Assembly (NCBI GenBank): GCA_029881495.1
Contig: JAOUMJ010000005.1
Location: forward strand, 9,042 to 73,041
Source of the DNA: Nitrospinota bacterium
Lineage (GTDB): Bacteria > Nitrospinota_A > UBA7883 > JACRGQ01
Direction of reading: 5' to 3'
Length of the DNA stretch: 64,000 nucleotides
Made by a program: the position numbers and the translations under genes. Shown in pieces: positions 15,165 through 23,099 of this stretch. Every line of letters begins with the position of its first letter. The stretch's first letter is position 1. The notes under the pieces were generated by a model. The model was not told the DNA's origin and did not search any database. It saw only the letters and a program-made list of their open reading frames with translations.

Positions 15165-15882
15165 AGAAGCGATGACCTATTTTAGAAATCTGGTGCAGGA
15201 GGTAACGCCGGTCGAGGAGGTGGACGGGCGAAAATACAACAACAGCGGCGGATCGCTGAAACCAATCCTTGAACCTTTTCCCGGGGTGATGGGGTTTTCT
15301 ACGTTGTCCGGTCTGGTAGCCTGGGCGAAAGAGCAGGTGATCGAGATTGAAAAAGAGGGGAAGAGGGAGAAAACCCCGCCTTATTTTGTAGTTGATAGTT
15401 TCTGGCGGGTCTCTTTTTATGGGCCGGTTTGCGGGGCGTTCAAGCAACGTCCATTGATAGCCGGAGCCGACCACGTCCACAAACCGTTCCCCTTTGGGCG
15501 GGAGCACGATACGGAGGAATTTATAATCGCCCTTCAGGCGAAGTTCATCATGGACGACAACTTGAGAACCTTGCTGAGCCTTGCCAGCCGTGTTGAGGAC
15601 AAAACAATCATCGGTGCCGAGGATAATGGCATTTCGCAGACGGTCACCGCCAAGAAGAGCGTCGCGACAAGGGAGAATGTGACCCTGCCGAATCCGCTGA
15701 TGCTGAAACCGTTCTCGACGTTCCCGGAGATAGATCCGCCAGCGAAACCGTATGTCATGCGAGTTAAGGCCGGCCTGAAGTGGGTGCTTTACGAGACGGA
15801 CGATACCGCATGGGGAGTCGAGGCGACCAAGCGGACGGCGGCATGGATAACGGCGAACTCGGAATTCAAGGTTTACTCGTAA
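15157..15882 (+). CDS. Hypothetical phage protein (241 aa)
   Basis: Balanced composition. The longer antisense ORF 15109..16095 is Arg/Pro-rich junk. Confidence 0.6.
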   Translation: MLEEAMTYFRNLVQEVTPVEEVDGRKYNNSGGSLKPILEPFPGVMGFSTLSGLVAWAKEQVIEIEKEGKREKTPPYFVVDSFWRVSFYGPVCGAFKQRPLIAGADHVHKPFPFGREHDTEEFIIALQAKFIMDDNLRTLLSLASRVEDKTIIGAEDNGISQTVTAKKSVATRENVTLPNPLMLKPFSTFPEIDPPAKPYVMRVKAGLKWVLYETDDTAWGVEATKRTAAWITANSEFKVYS

Positions 15883-15933
15883 AAATGTTAAGCCAGGGGG
15901 GGCATGTTGCCCCCTCGAAAAAAGGAGAGAAAT

Positions 15934-16143
15934 ATGGAAGTCGTAGAAAACCGGAAGAGGCCGACAGAAAAAGCCAAGTTCAGTATGCGAGATAACAGAG
16001 GGGTCGCCGTGATCGATTGTATCGAATGCGAAAGAGGGCGGCACGGGACAGAGGAGAAGTGTTCCAGTGGTCACCACCTTAAAAAAGGGCGGCAAGGGTG
16101 TTGCTGTTCAGGAACCTTGCTAAGCACCTTAACACTGGATTGA
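15934..16143 (+). CDS. CxxC mini-protein (69 aa)
   Basis: Start at MEVVENRK behind SD aaaggagag. Contains CIECERG. Confidence 0.45.
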   Translation: MEVVENRKRPTEKAKFSMRDNRGVAVIDCIECERGRHGTEEKCSSGHHLKKGRQGCCCSGTLLSTLTLD

Positions 16144-16156
16144 AAGGGAAAAGCTA

Positions 16157-16184
16157 CTGGATCCCCGTCTGCACGGGGATGACA
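16157..16184 (+). repeat. REP-like element, copy 5 (compensated stem)
   Basis: ctggatccccgtctgcacggggatgaca. Perfect stem atccccgt/acggggat. Intergenic. Confidence 0.8.
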
Positions 16185-16198
16185 GGAAGGGAGGATTA

Positions 16199-16441
16199 AT
16201 GGCTAGAAAGTATTTTTGTGACGTGTGCGATACCGAATACGAGGAAGGTTCTCATCTTGTAATAAACACAGGGGGGGATCGCAAGGATATCAGGTTTTCT
16301 GATATATGCAGGGAATGCAGGGATACGATTATGGATGCCGTCGCGACGATCGTCAAAAACAAAATTCGGTCCAGCCACGGGATACCTGAGAAGGTAGATA
16401 TCGAATCGCTTGAAAAGGATATCGAGATCGTATCCTCATAG
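16199..16441 (+). CDS. CxxC zinc-ribbon mini-protein (80 aa)
   Basis: CDVCDTE...CRECRD. SD ggaagggagg. Confidence 0.5.
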   Translation: MARKYFCDVCDTEYEEGSHLVINTGGDRKDIRFSDICRECRDTIMDAVATIVKNKIRSSHGIPEKVDIESLEKDIEIVSS

Positions 16442-16469
16442 ACAATGAGCAACAGGGAGAGATGAGAGA

Positions 16470-17294
16470 TTGAAAAAGGAAGGACAGGCACCGGCGTTTC
16501 AGTTTTATCCGGGTGATTTTTTATCAAATCCGCAGATAACGCTGATGACACCGGAAGAGCGCGGGGGATATATAAACCTGATCTGCTACGCATGGCAGGA
16601 CGGGGAGTGTTCGTTGCCGAACGACGAGACGCTATTGGCGCGACTGTCCGGTCTGGGTGAAGGGTGGTTGAAGGGGTGTTCAACCGCGATTATGAAAATG
16701 TTTGAAGTGGACCCGAACGACAAGACGAAAATCTTTTCAACTTGGCTTCGCGACGAGCGCGAAAAGCAGAGACGACACAGGGAGGCGAGCATACGCGGGG
16801 GGAAAAACTCCGTTAAATCAAGGGGATTGGCTCTCAAGGGTACTTCAACCGGGCAGGTTGAAGGGGCGTTGAACCCTTCTTCTTCATCTTCTTCTTCATC
16901 TTCAGACTTCAGTCATAAAAAGAAAAATATAAAAAAGGAAAAAAGCATTAACCCGGATTTTGAGAAGTTTTACGAGCTGTATCCGCGCAAGGAGGCAAAA
17001 GCCCGGGCGCTAAAAGCATTCGAGCAGTTAAAGCCGGATGAAAAGTTGCTCGGCGTGATACTCACACGTCTGGAACTCCAAGTGAACCGCTGGAGAGCCA
17101 CCGGTACCGCGTCGGAATTTATCCCCTTGCCTGCAACGTGGCTGAACGGCGAGCGGTGGGAGGACGAGGTTACGAATAAATCCAATTCTGGCGGGAAGAA
17201 GCCCGGCGTAAACGGAACAAACGGGGCGGGGCATCGCCAGGTGAGGCCGGAACCTGCCAAAGAGCGAGATAAGGCCGGAGCGTACGATTTATGA
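16470..17294 (+). CDS. Replication initiation-type protein (DUF1376/YdaU N-domain, poly-Ser linker, C-domain)
   Basis: PAFQFYPGDFLSNPQITLMTPEERGGYINLICYAWQDG (DUF1376); SSSSSSSSS linker; NPDFEKFYELYPRKEAKARALKAFEQL. Precedes the DnaC-like loader. TTG start. Confidence 0.7.
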   Translation: MKKEGQAPAFQFYPGDFLSNPQITLMTPEERGGYINLICYAWQDGECSLPNDETLLARLSGLGEGWLKGCSTAIMKMFEVDPNDKTKIFSTWLRDEREKQRRHREASIRGGKNSVKSRGLALKGTSTGQVEGALNPSSSSSSSSSDFSHKKKNIKKEKSINPDFEKFYELYPRKEAKARALKAFEQLKPDEKLLGVILTRLELQVNRWRATGTASEFIPLPATWLNGERWEDEVTNKSNSGGKKPGVNGTNGAGHRQVRPEPAKERDKAGAYDL

Positions 17295-18088
17295 AACATG
17301 TGGCAGATTACGTAAACCCGTTCCTCAAACGGTTCGAGGAGGTGCAGGCGCGCCACGAGGCGGAGCTGGCGAAGTGCAACCTTTCATGCAGGGTTACCGT
17401 GCCGAGCGAGACCCTCAAGAGCGAAGAGCCTGAGATTTTGAAAACCGCGATCGAGGATATCAGGTTCTCGCACAAGGGAAGCTGTGCCGGAGTCGAGGCC
17501 GCTGTCGCTGAGATAGAGAAACGGCTTCGCTATCTGAAAAATACCCGGATGGCGGCGTATCTGAAGGCGCAGGGGTTCTCGGAGCGGGACATCAGAGCTG
17601 TCCTTTTCTCGCCGCTGAATACACTCTATCCCGCCTGGCAGGCTGTTGATAAATACATGCGGGGGGGGTACGAGGGGCGGAGTTACGGGACGGGTGATTG
17701 TCTGATACTCGCCGGACCGCCCGACGCGGGGAAGACATTCGCGGCAGTGTGGGGGGCGGCGCAGATCCGCAAGGGGCAGAGGTATATTTTCTGTTCCGAT
17801 ATCTCGCCCAAACTGCGACACGAGCAGGGGTTTCTGGAATGGATGAGCAAAGCGCCGTTTCTGGTGCTCGACGATTACAACGGAGCGGGGAGCGATCCGC
17901 ATTTCAACGAGGCGCTGAAAACGGTCTTTCATCATCGCCATGCCGGCAAGTTGGCGACGATAGTGACGACGAACAAGAACATGGAGGATTTCAAGGCGAG
18001 CCTGCCGGAGGTGATATTGTCGCGCCTGTCGAAACGCCGGGGTGGCTGGGGCGTATTTGTAGAGGTTGCAGGAAAGGGGGGGGAGTGA
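17291..18088 (+). CDS. DnaC/IstB-like AAA+ helicase loader
   Basis: Walker A LILAGPPDAGKTF, Walker B FLVLDDYNG, sensor TIVTTN. Confidence 0.8.
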   Translation: MKHVADYVNPFLKRFEEVQARHEAELAKCNLSCRVTVPSETLKSEEPEILKTAIEDIRFSHKGSCAGVEAAVAEIEKRLRYLKNTRMAAYLKAQGFSERDIRAVLFSPLNTLYPAWQAVDKYMRGGYEGRSYGTGDCLILAGPPDAGKTFAAVWGAAQIRKGQRYIFCSDISPKLRHEQGFLEWMSKAPFLVLDDYNGAGSDPHFNEALKTVFHHRHAGKLATIVTTNKNMEDFKASLPEVILSRLSKRRGGWGVFVEVAGKGGE

Positions 18089-18753
18089 TGGTAATTGAAG
18101 ACATGAAATATATTGAATGCCCTGCTTGTGATGGCAAAGGCAGTACCGGTCATATGTTTGCTTGTGGGCAAAGTTCAGAATGGGAAAATGTCGATCTTGG
18201 ATGCAATCTTGTTTGGCATTTTTGCCCAATGTGCAAGGGGAGGAAGAAACTGCCTTCCGGTCGGGATGGGTGGAAGATAGCAGGTGCTAACATGAGAGAA
18301 ATTCGAGAAAGCATAAAATACTTTGTCGGTTCTGAGAATGGGCGTTGGTGTTTATCCGGTGATGGCGGCGATGGTTATGAACGGCGAAATCTGACAGTAG
18401 GTGAAACGGCCGAATATCATGATATACCGGCCAAGGAATTGCACAAGATGGAGCTTGGGGGAATGGATCTCTCAAAAATTGCGAAATTATATATGCCAAT
18501 GTACCTCTGGGCCGTAGACAAATGCTCCGTCGAGGGATGCGAATTACCCGGAGACCGTCTCTGTGATTATCCGGTATCAGATGATAAGAGCTGTGATTTT
18601 ATTGTTTGCGAAGATCATTCGATTGAAATCGGGGTGGATATCCACCTATGCCATGTTCATGTTGAGTTCTACAAAAAAGCAAATGATGCTTCCGGTATGC
18701 AAACGACAAGTAAGCTGCTGGGGCATGAGATATCCAGAAAGAGGGGGGAGTGA
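18088..18753 (+). CDS. Cys-rich protein with DnaJ-type CxxCxGxG fingers (221 aa)
   Basis: Start at MVIEDMKYIECPACDGKGSTG..CPMCKGRKK, overlapping the dnaC-like stop. The track ORF from 17698 is an out-of-frame read-through of the upstream gene. Confidence 0.55.
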   Translation: MVIEDMKYIECPACDGKGSTGHMFACGQSSEWENVDLGCNLVWHFCPMCKGRKKLPSGRDGWKIAGANMREIRESIKYFVGSENGRWCLSGDGGDGYERRNLTVGETAEYHDIPAKELHKMELGGMDLSKIAKLYMPMYLWAVDKCSVEGCELPGDRLCDYPVSDDKSCDFIVCEDHSIEIGVDIHLCHVHVEFYKKANDASGMQTTSKLLGHEISRKRGE

Positions 18754-19040
18754 TGAAGTACCGGTATATGATTTCGTTTCAGTGCCCCCGGGTAGACGGC
18801 TCCGACATAGTTTACCGATGCGCCGAGTTGACCGCTGAAAACCCTATTCTCAGGGTGGCAGATTTCCGAGAAGGGTTATCTCAACTACATCCAGAACTTG
18901 ATATCCCCCATTTTGTGCCGACGTATTTTGCTTTGCTGGAAAAAATCCCTAGTCGAGCCGAGAAGGTGGGCTATTACGTCTATTATTGCATCGTGGTTAT
19001 GTTGTTTCTGTGGTTGGTAATTCATTTGGGGGGGGAGTGA
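18750..19040 (+). CDS. Hypothetical protein with C-terminal TM helix (96 aa)
   Basis: GTGATG junction. YYVYYCIVVMLFLWLVIHL. Confidence 0.45.
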   Translation: MMKYRYMISFQCPRVDGSDIVYRCAELTAENPILRVADFREGLSQLHPELDIPHFVPTYFALLEKIPSRAEKVGYYVYYCIVVMLFLWLVIHLGGE

Positions 19041-19606
19041 TGAGTAAAATATATAAAGTAAGCGAATGCAATAGGTGTCCTGATTTTGTCCGTTGTCGGC
19101 ATCTTAGGTGTCAGACAGGATTTAAAGTTGGCAGGATTCATCCTGATTGCCCCCTTCCCGATGATACCAGCGAGAGCGAAACTAATAGTAGCAGTGAAGA
19201 AATTGTATCACTAAGAATGCAACTATCAAAGATGCGAATAGCGAACAAGGAAGAGACCGACCAACTGAAAGCACAGGTGGCAGTGTTGCATGATATAGCC
19301 TCTAGCCTGCTGGAAAAGGTAGAAGAAAATGAGATAAATAGCGACTATCTGATATATAACCGCAAAATTAACGAATTGCCTAAAACTGCTATCGAATACA
19401 TGGAAGAGTATCGGCGGCTAAAAGACGAGATAACAACTATGGCAGATCGCAATCGTGCTTTGATTAGTGTAGTGGATAAGATGGAAGAGGTGTTAAAAAA
19501 TGTTCTTAGGCGTGTAGAACCTCACTCAATAATTAAGGGCGACGATTCTTATTCTTTGTCAATGGGCATTGCCCAGACAATAACGGAGGCATTGAAAGAT
19601 GTATAG
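19040..19606 (+). CDS. Hypothetical coiled-coil protein with N-terminal Cys cluster (188 aa)
   Basis: Start at MSKIYKVSECNRCPDFVRCRHLRC behind ggggggag. Confidence 0.5.
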   Translation: MSKIYKVSECNRCPDFVRCRHLRCQTGFKVGRIHPDCPLPDDTSESETNSSSEEIVSLRMQLSKMRIANKEETDQLKAQVAVLHDIASSLLEKVEENEINSDYLIYNRKINELPKTAIEYMEEYRRLKDEITTMADRNRALISVVDKMEEVLKNVLRRVEPHSIIKGDDSYSLSMGIAQTITEALKDV

Positions 19607-19796
19607 GTCAAACCGTCACGAGTCCAGCGTCTGCTTAGCGTGTAAGCATGAAGATTTTAATGAGAATTTTAATCACGGTATCGCCGATACGGGAGACTAT
19701 AGTGTGAGCTGTCCCAAGTGTGACGCCGGTGAAACAATGATATCAGATATTGATTATTTGAGTTTCGGCCCGTTTGAGGTGGGGAGAAAGATATGA
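19599..19796 (+). CDS. CxxC zinc-ribbon mini-protein
   Basis: CLACKH...CPKCDAG. Confidence 0.45.
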   Translation: MYRSNRHESSVCLACKHEDFNENFNHGIADTGDYSVSCPKCDAGETMISDIDYLSFGPFEVGRKI

Positions 19797-20089
19797 AAGG
19801 TAAGGCACCGGGGGGCGGGGCGTTCGAGGTGTTTTTATATACTGGTATGGTAGGTGCGTTGCTAGGCTCGGGGGAATTTCTAATGGCTATGATGATGTTC
19901 ATGGTCTATCTCTATTTTCTCGCAAATATGATCGTTCAATCACTTAAACAGGCACTGGCTCCCCGCGTTCGCGAGGATGACAAGAAGGGTGAGGCATTGA
20001 ACGCGCCTGATGGCGCACCACAGACTGAAGTCTATGCTACCAAAACGGGAAGCGGGGATGACAGGGCGGAAGGGATGCAGGATGGATAA
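19793..20089 (+). CDS. Small membrane protein; ORF runs through REP copy 6
   Basis: FLYTGMVGALLGSGEFLMAMMMFMVYLYFLANMIV, then ALAPRVREDDKKG (REP translation). Confidence 0.4.
   Translation: MKGKAPGGGAFEVFLYTGMVGALLGSGEFLMAMMMFMVYLYFLANMIVQSLKQALAPRVREDDKKGEALNAPDGAPQTEVYATKTGSGDDRAEGMQDG
19955..19982 (+). repeat. REP-like element, copy 6
   Basis: ctggctccccgcgttcgcgaggatgaca. Confidence 0.75.
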
Positions 20090-20303
20090 AATAAAAATCG
20101 AAACTGATGGGCAGAGGACGAACATAACATACGGTGGAAAACCCGTGAAGCATATTACCAAAGCGGTGATTGAAATGACTCCCAGAACCAAGACGCTCAC
20201 ATTGACGGTTGACGACCTTTTTGACCTGGATGCAGAGTTCCCGCCGGAGTTTTGCCGGATAGTGAAAGAGAAGACAGTTGAAATAAAGGGGGAAGGGGGA
20301 TGA
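20082..20303 (+). CDS. Hypothetical protein (73 aa)
   Basis: Start at MDKIKIETDG. ATGA overlap downstream. Confidence 0.45.
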   Translation: MDKIKIETDGQRTNITYGGKPVKHITKAVIEMTPRTKTLTLTVDDLFDLDAEFPPEFCRIVKEKTVEIKGEGG

Positions 20304-20728
20304 GATGTGAGAACTGCGACGAGTACGACATAGAGCCTTTGGCATGTGATCCGACGGATCCATACTGTCACGGCGTGGATGACTATCTGAAGAGAGAAGA
20401 AGCCGGAGAGGTTATTCCTGCGAGCGGCTGTCCGAAAAAAGCTGTGGAGGTAAAAGTAAAAACGACTCCACCGCCGGAAGGGCGGTATTGCATCCGTGAC
20501 ACGATAGACCGGAGGGAGATATGCGAGAGGTATCTGTACAGCACCCATAGAGATGAAATATTTTGCGGCAAACCGCGTGACGGGAAGTATTTGGCGATTG
20601 AGCATGAAAAAACATTCGGTCGCCGTCCGCTCAAAATCAGGGAGTGTTTAGAGGAGACGACAAAGCAACTGGATCCCCGCGTTCGCGAGGATGACAAAGA
20701 GGGGGATAACGATGAACGGGGAGAATGA
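20300..20728 (+). CDS. Cys-containing hypothetical protein; tail is REP copy 7
   Basis: CENCDE... The C-terminal QLDPRVREDDKEG is the REP translation. Confidence 0.5.
   Translation: MRCENCDEYDIEPLACDPTDPYCHGVDDYLKREEAGEVIPASGCPKKAVEVKVKTTPPPEGRYCIRDTIDRREICERYLYSTHRDEIFCGKPRDGKYLAIEHEKTFGRRPLKIRECLEETTKQLDPRVREDDKEGDNDERGE
20669..20696 (+). repeat. REP-like element, copy 7
   Basis: ctggatccccgcgttcgcgaggatgaca. Confidence 0.8.
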
Positions 20729-20924
20729 GCAGGTGCAGGGGGGGGCGGCGGAAGGGCGGAGATTTATCGGCGTGACCGCCGTGGCAAAGCGCTGGGATGT
20801 CTCCGAAAGCACTGTTCGCCGTCGCCTGGAAGAAGGGTATCTTCGCGCGCTCAAGGTGGGGCGGCTCTATAAAATACTGCTGTCATCGGTTCACGAATAC
20901 GAAAAGAACAACATGAACTGCTAG
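20712..20924 (+). CDS. Excisionase-type (HTH_17/MerR-like) DNA-binding protein
   Basis: FIGVTAVAKRWDVSESTVRRRLEEGYLRALKVGRLYKILLSSVHEY. Last gene of the early operon. Confidence 0.6.
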   Translation: MNGENEQVQGGAAEGRRFIGVTAVAKRWDVSESTVRRRLEEGYLRALKVGRLYKILLSSVHEYEKNNMNC

Positions 20925-21089
20925 TTTGCCCCTCCTCTGTTCCTTCTTTAGCATCTATAGCCCCGCAAGCGTCACAACGACCGCTAATTAATTCAAATTC
21001 GTCATATCCTATAGCCAATTATAGCAACAGACATTAACCAGAGACCGGGAACTGCAAAATGAAATGATCAAACAACAGGGGTTACGAGG

Positions 21090-21335
21090 TTGGATGCGGA
21101 ACAAGTCGATGCGATAGCCGAAGCACTATATAAAAAGTTCGAAGAGCGCGGCGCTTCTCGCGCCTACGTCAGCGCTTCTACAGGAATCCCCAACTGCTTT
21201 TTCTACACTCCTAAAGACAACATCCTCATCGGTGTGAAACGAATCCTCTGGTACATGGTCATTGCCGCCGCCGCCGGAGTGGTACTGCTCCTCAAATCGC
21301 CACGCGAGGTCTGGCACATCCTGACGGGGAACTGA
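21090..21335 (+). CDS. Small membrane protein (TTG start)
   Basis: ILWYMVIAAAAGVVLLL. The stop overlaps the next ATG. Confidence 0.35.
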   Translation: MDAEQVDAIAEALYKKFEERGASRAYVSASTGIPNCFFYTPKDNILIGVKRILWYMVIAAAAGVVLLLKSPREVWHILTGN

Positions 21336-22183
21336 TGATAATCATCCATCACGACGACTATGACGGGCGATGCTCTGCCGCGCTGGTGAAGCTGAAACAT
21401 CCAGGAGCGAGGCTTCACGCCATCGACTACAAGGACAACTTCCCGATACAGTCCATAGCCGACAAGGAAGAGGTATGGCTCCTTGATTATTGTCCGCAAG
21501 GGGCGCTGGAGCTCGATTTCCTCCTAGCCAAAACATACAACGTGACATGGATAGACCATCACAACACCGCTCACCTGAAAAAACTTCCAGGCTTTCATGT
21601 GCTTCAGCGTCGTGCCGTGTCGCGCGACACCAGCAAGAGCGCCGCCCTGCTCACATGGGAGCATCTATACCCCGATGCGGAAGCTCCGCAATTCGTGCAG
21701 TTGATAAACGATTTTGACCTTTTCAAATTCGCCTACGGGGAGGCAACGACGCATTTTATTGCCGGTATCTCTGCCGAAGATACCGCCGCCGATTCGCCGC
21801 TGTGGGGGAAGCTGATGAATGACGATTACCTGTTCAAGAAGATCATTCACAACGGGAAGATCATAAACCGCGCCTCCGTGATGGCGGGGAGTGAGTATCT
21901 CGGCAGGTGGGGGTATGAGACGGTATTTGAAAACCACATTTCGATAGCCTGCAACATGGGGCGGCCCGTGAATGATCTGTTCGCGGGGGTACGCAACAAG
22001 TATCCGGTGATGATCGCGTACGCTTATGACGGGGAGAAATACTCAGTCTCTCTCTACACGACCGATCCTGATATAGACGTTTCCGAGATAGCGGCGAAGT
22101 ATGGCGGCGGGGGACATCGAGGGGCGGCAGGGTTCATCTGTGCCGAGTTGCCGTTTAAAAAATTCCAAATTCAATACAACTAG
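21335..22183 (+). CDS. DHH/DHHA1-family phosphoesterase
   Basis: IIIHHDDYDGRCSAAL (motif I), WIDHHNT (DHH), YGGGGHRGAAGF (DHHA1 GGGH). Confidence 0.75.
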   Translation: MIIIHHDDYDGRCSAALVKLKHPGARLHAIDYKDNFPIQSIADKEEVWLLDYCPQGALELDFLLAKTYNVTWIDHHNTAHLKKLPGFHVLQRRAVSRDTSKSAALLTWEHLYPDAEAPQFVQLINDFDLFKFAYGEATTHFIAGISAEDTAADSPLWGKLMNDDYLFKKIIHNGKIINRASVMAGSEYLGRWGYETVFENHISIACNMGRPVNDLFAGVRNKYPVMIAYAYDGEKYSVSLYTTDPDIDVSEIAAKYGGGGHRGAAGFICAELPFKKFQIQYN

Positions 22184-22193
22184 GGGAGAAGCG

Positions 22194-22736
22194 ATGAAGA
22201 TATGTATTGATCCAGGTCACGGCGGTTCTGCTTTAGGGGCAGTTGGTCCCGGGGGAACATTCGAGAAGGACATCAATCTATCGGTTGCTCTCTACCTCTC
22301 TATGGGTCTACGCGCATTCGGGCACACTGTGGAGCTCACTCGGTCGGACGATTCCACCGTCTCTCTACAGGAGCGTTGCGCGATTGCCAATGACTTTTCG
22401 GCTGACCTCTTTCTATCCATCCACTGCAACGCGAATGAAGATAGAACCGTCACGGGTATCGAGTGTTATACCACCAAAGGGGAGACCGAATCGGATCGCT
22501 GGGCGGAATTGATTAAAGCCTCGCTTATGGAGCACTTCCCGGGTCACAAGGATTTTGCGGGTAAGGGTTTGTCGGAAGAGAATTTCTACGTTCTCAAGCA
22601 TACGCGTATGCCAGCCGTTCTGGTAGAGCTCGAATTCATTTCAAATCCTGAAATGGAGCAGGTCTTGAAAGAGAAGGACTCCGTCTTCGCCTCGGCGATA
22701 ATCGCCGCGATGCCGCTAAACAGGGGTGAAGAGTGA
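22194..22736 (+). CDS. N-acetylmuramoyl-L-alanine amidase (Amidase_3) endolysin
   Basis: MKICIDPGHGG...LFLSIHCNA...GIECYT...NFYVLKHTRMPAVLVELEFISNP. Start moved from 22101. Confidence 0.85.
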   Translation: MKICIDPGHGGSALGAVGPGGTFEKDINLSVALYLSMGLRAFGHTVELTRSDDSTVSLQERCAIANDFSADLFLSIHCNANEDRTVTGIECYTTKGETESDRWAELIKASLMEHFPGHKDFAGKGLSEENFYVLKHTRMPAVLVELEFISNPEMEQVLKEKDSVFASAIIAAMPLNRGEE

Positions 22737-22775
22737 AACATAACTTCAAATCAAAGGAGAAAGGGAGGTAACGAC

Positions 22776-23099
22776 ATGGATATAGCAGTGATTGTTTCTA
22801 TTTTAAAGCCGATTATAGCATCTGCGCTTTCAGGTATGGGAGCGGGGTTCATAATCAGCATGAAAAAACTTGTGAAGGAGGACAGGCCGGAAAGGTTCAA
22901 CCTGGCGAAGCTCTTCTCTACCGGTGCGGTCGGTATGCTCCTCGGCGTTCTCGCCTATGCGCAGGGGTACGACCTGACAATGGCAAACTACGACAGCTAT
23001 CTCGCGGCAAACGCTCTTGCGGTAATGATGGCGCAATCGGTCTGGGAATTCGGCGTACGCATTTACGACCGATGGAAATCAGGTAAGGCGATACTCTGA
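22776..23099 (+). CDS. Holin-like membrane protein
   Basis: 107 aa with 3 hydrophobic helices, between two muralytic enzymes. Confidence 0.55.
   Translation: MDIAVIVSILKPIIASALSGMGAGFIISMKKLVKEDRPERFNLAKLFSTGAVGMLLGVLAYAQGYDLTMANYDSYLAANALAVMMAQSVWEFGVRIYDRWKSGKAIL

Noticed and set aside
15109-16095. Long antisense ORFs: 15109..16095, 17384..18229, 26035..27102, 31896..32606, 8132..8731, 9681..10205, 12179..12691
   Set aside because: All lie opposite well-supported plus-strand genes. All are Arg/Pro/Ser/Gly-rich and have no SD or operon context. They are typical stop-poor antisense frames of moderately GC-rich coding DNA.
17698-18087. N-terminal extensions of track ORFs: 17698, 7108, 22101, 52316, 62334, 18986, 20010, 10091, 32461, 39338
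   Set aside because: In each case an internal ATG with a strong SD coincides with the stop of the upstream gene or with the start of a signal peptide or conserved domain. The upstream part overlaps another gene out of frame.
2856-20696. The 28-bp palindromic repeats resemble CRISPR repeats in length and symmetry
   Set aside because: The copies are 0.7-5.4 kb apart rather than separated by 30-40-bp spacers. One copy is inverted, most lie inside or at the ends of ORFs, and no cas genes or leader are present. This is not a CRISPR array.
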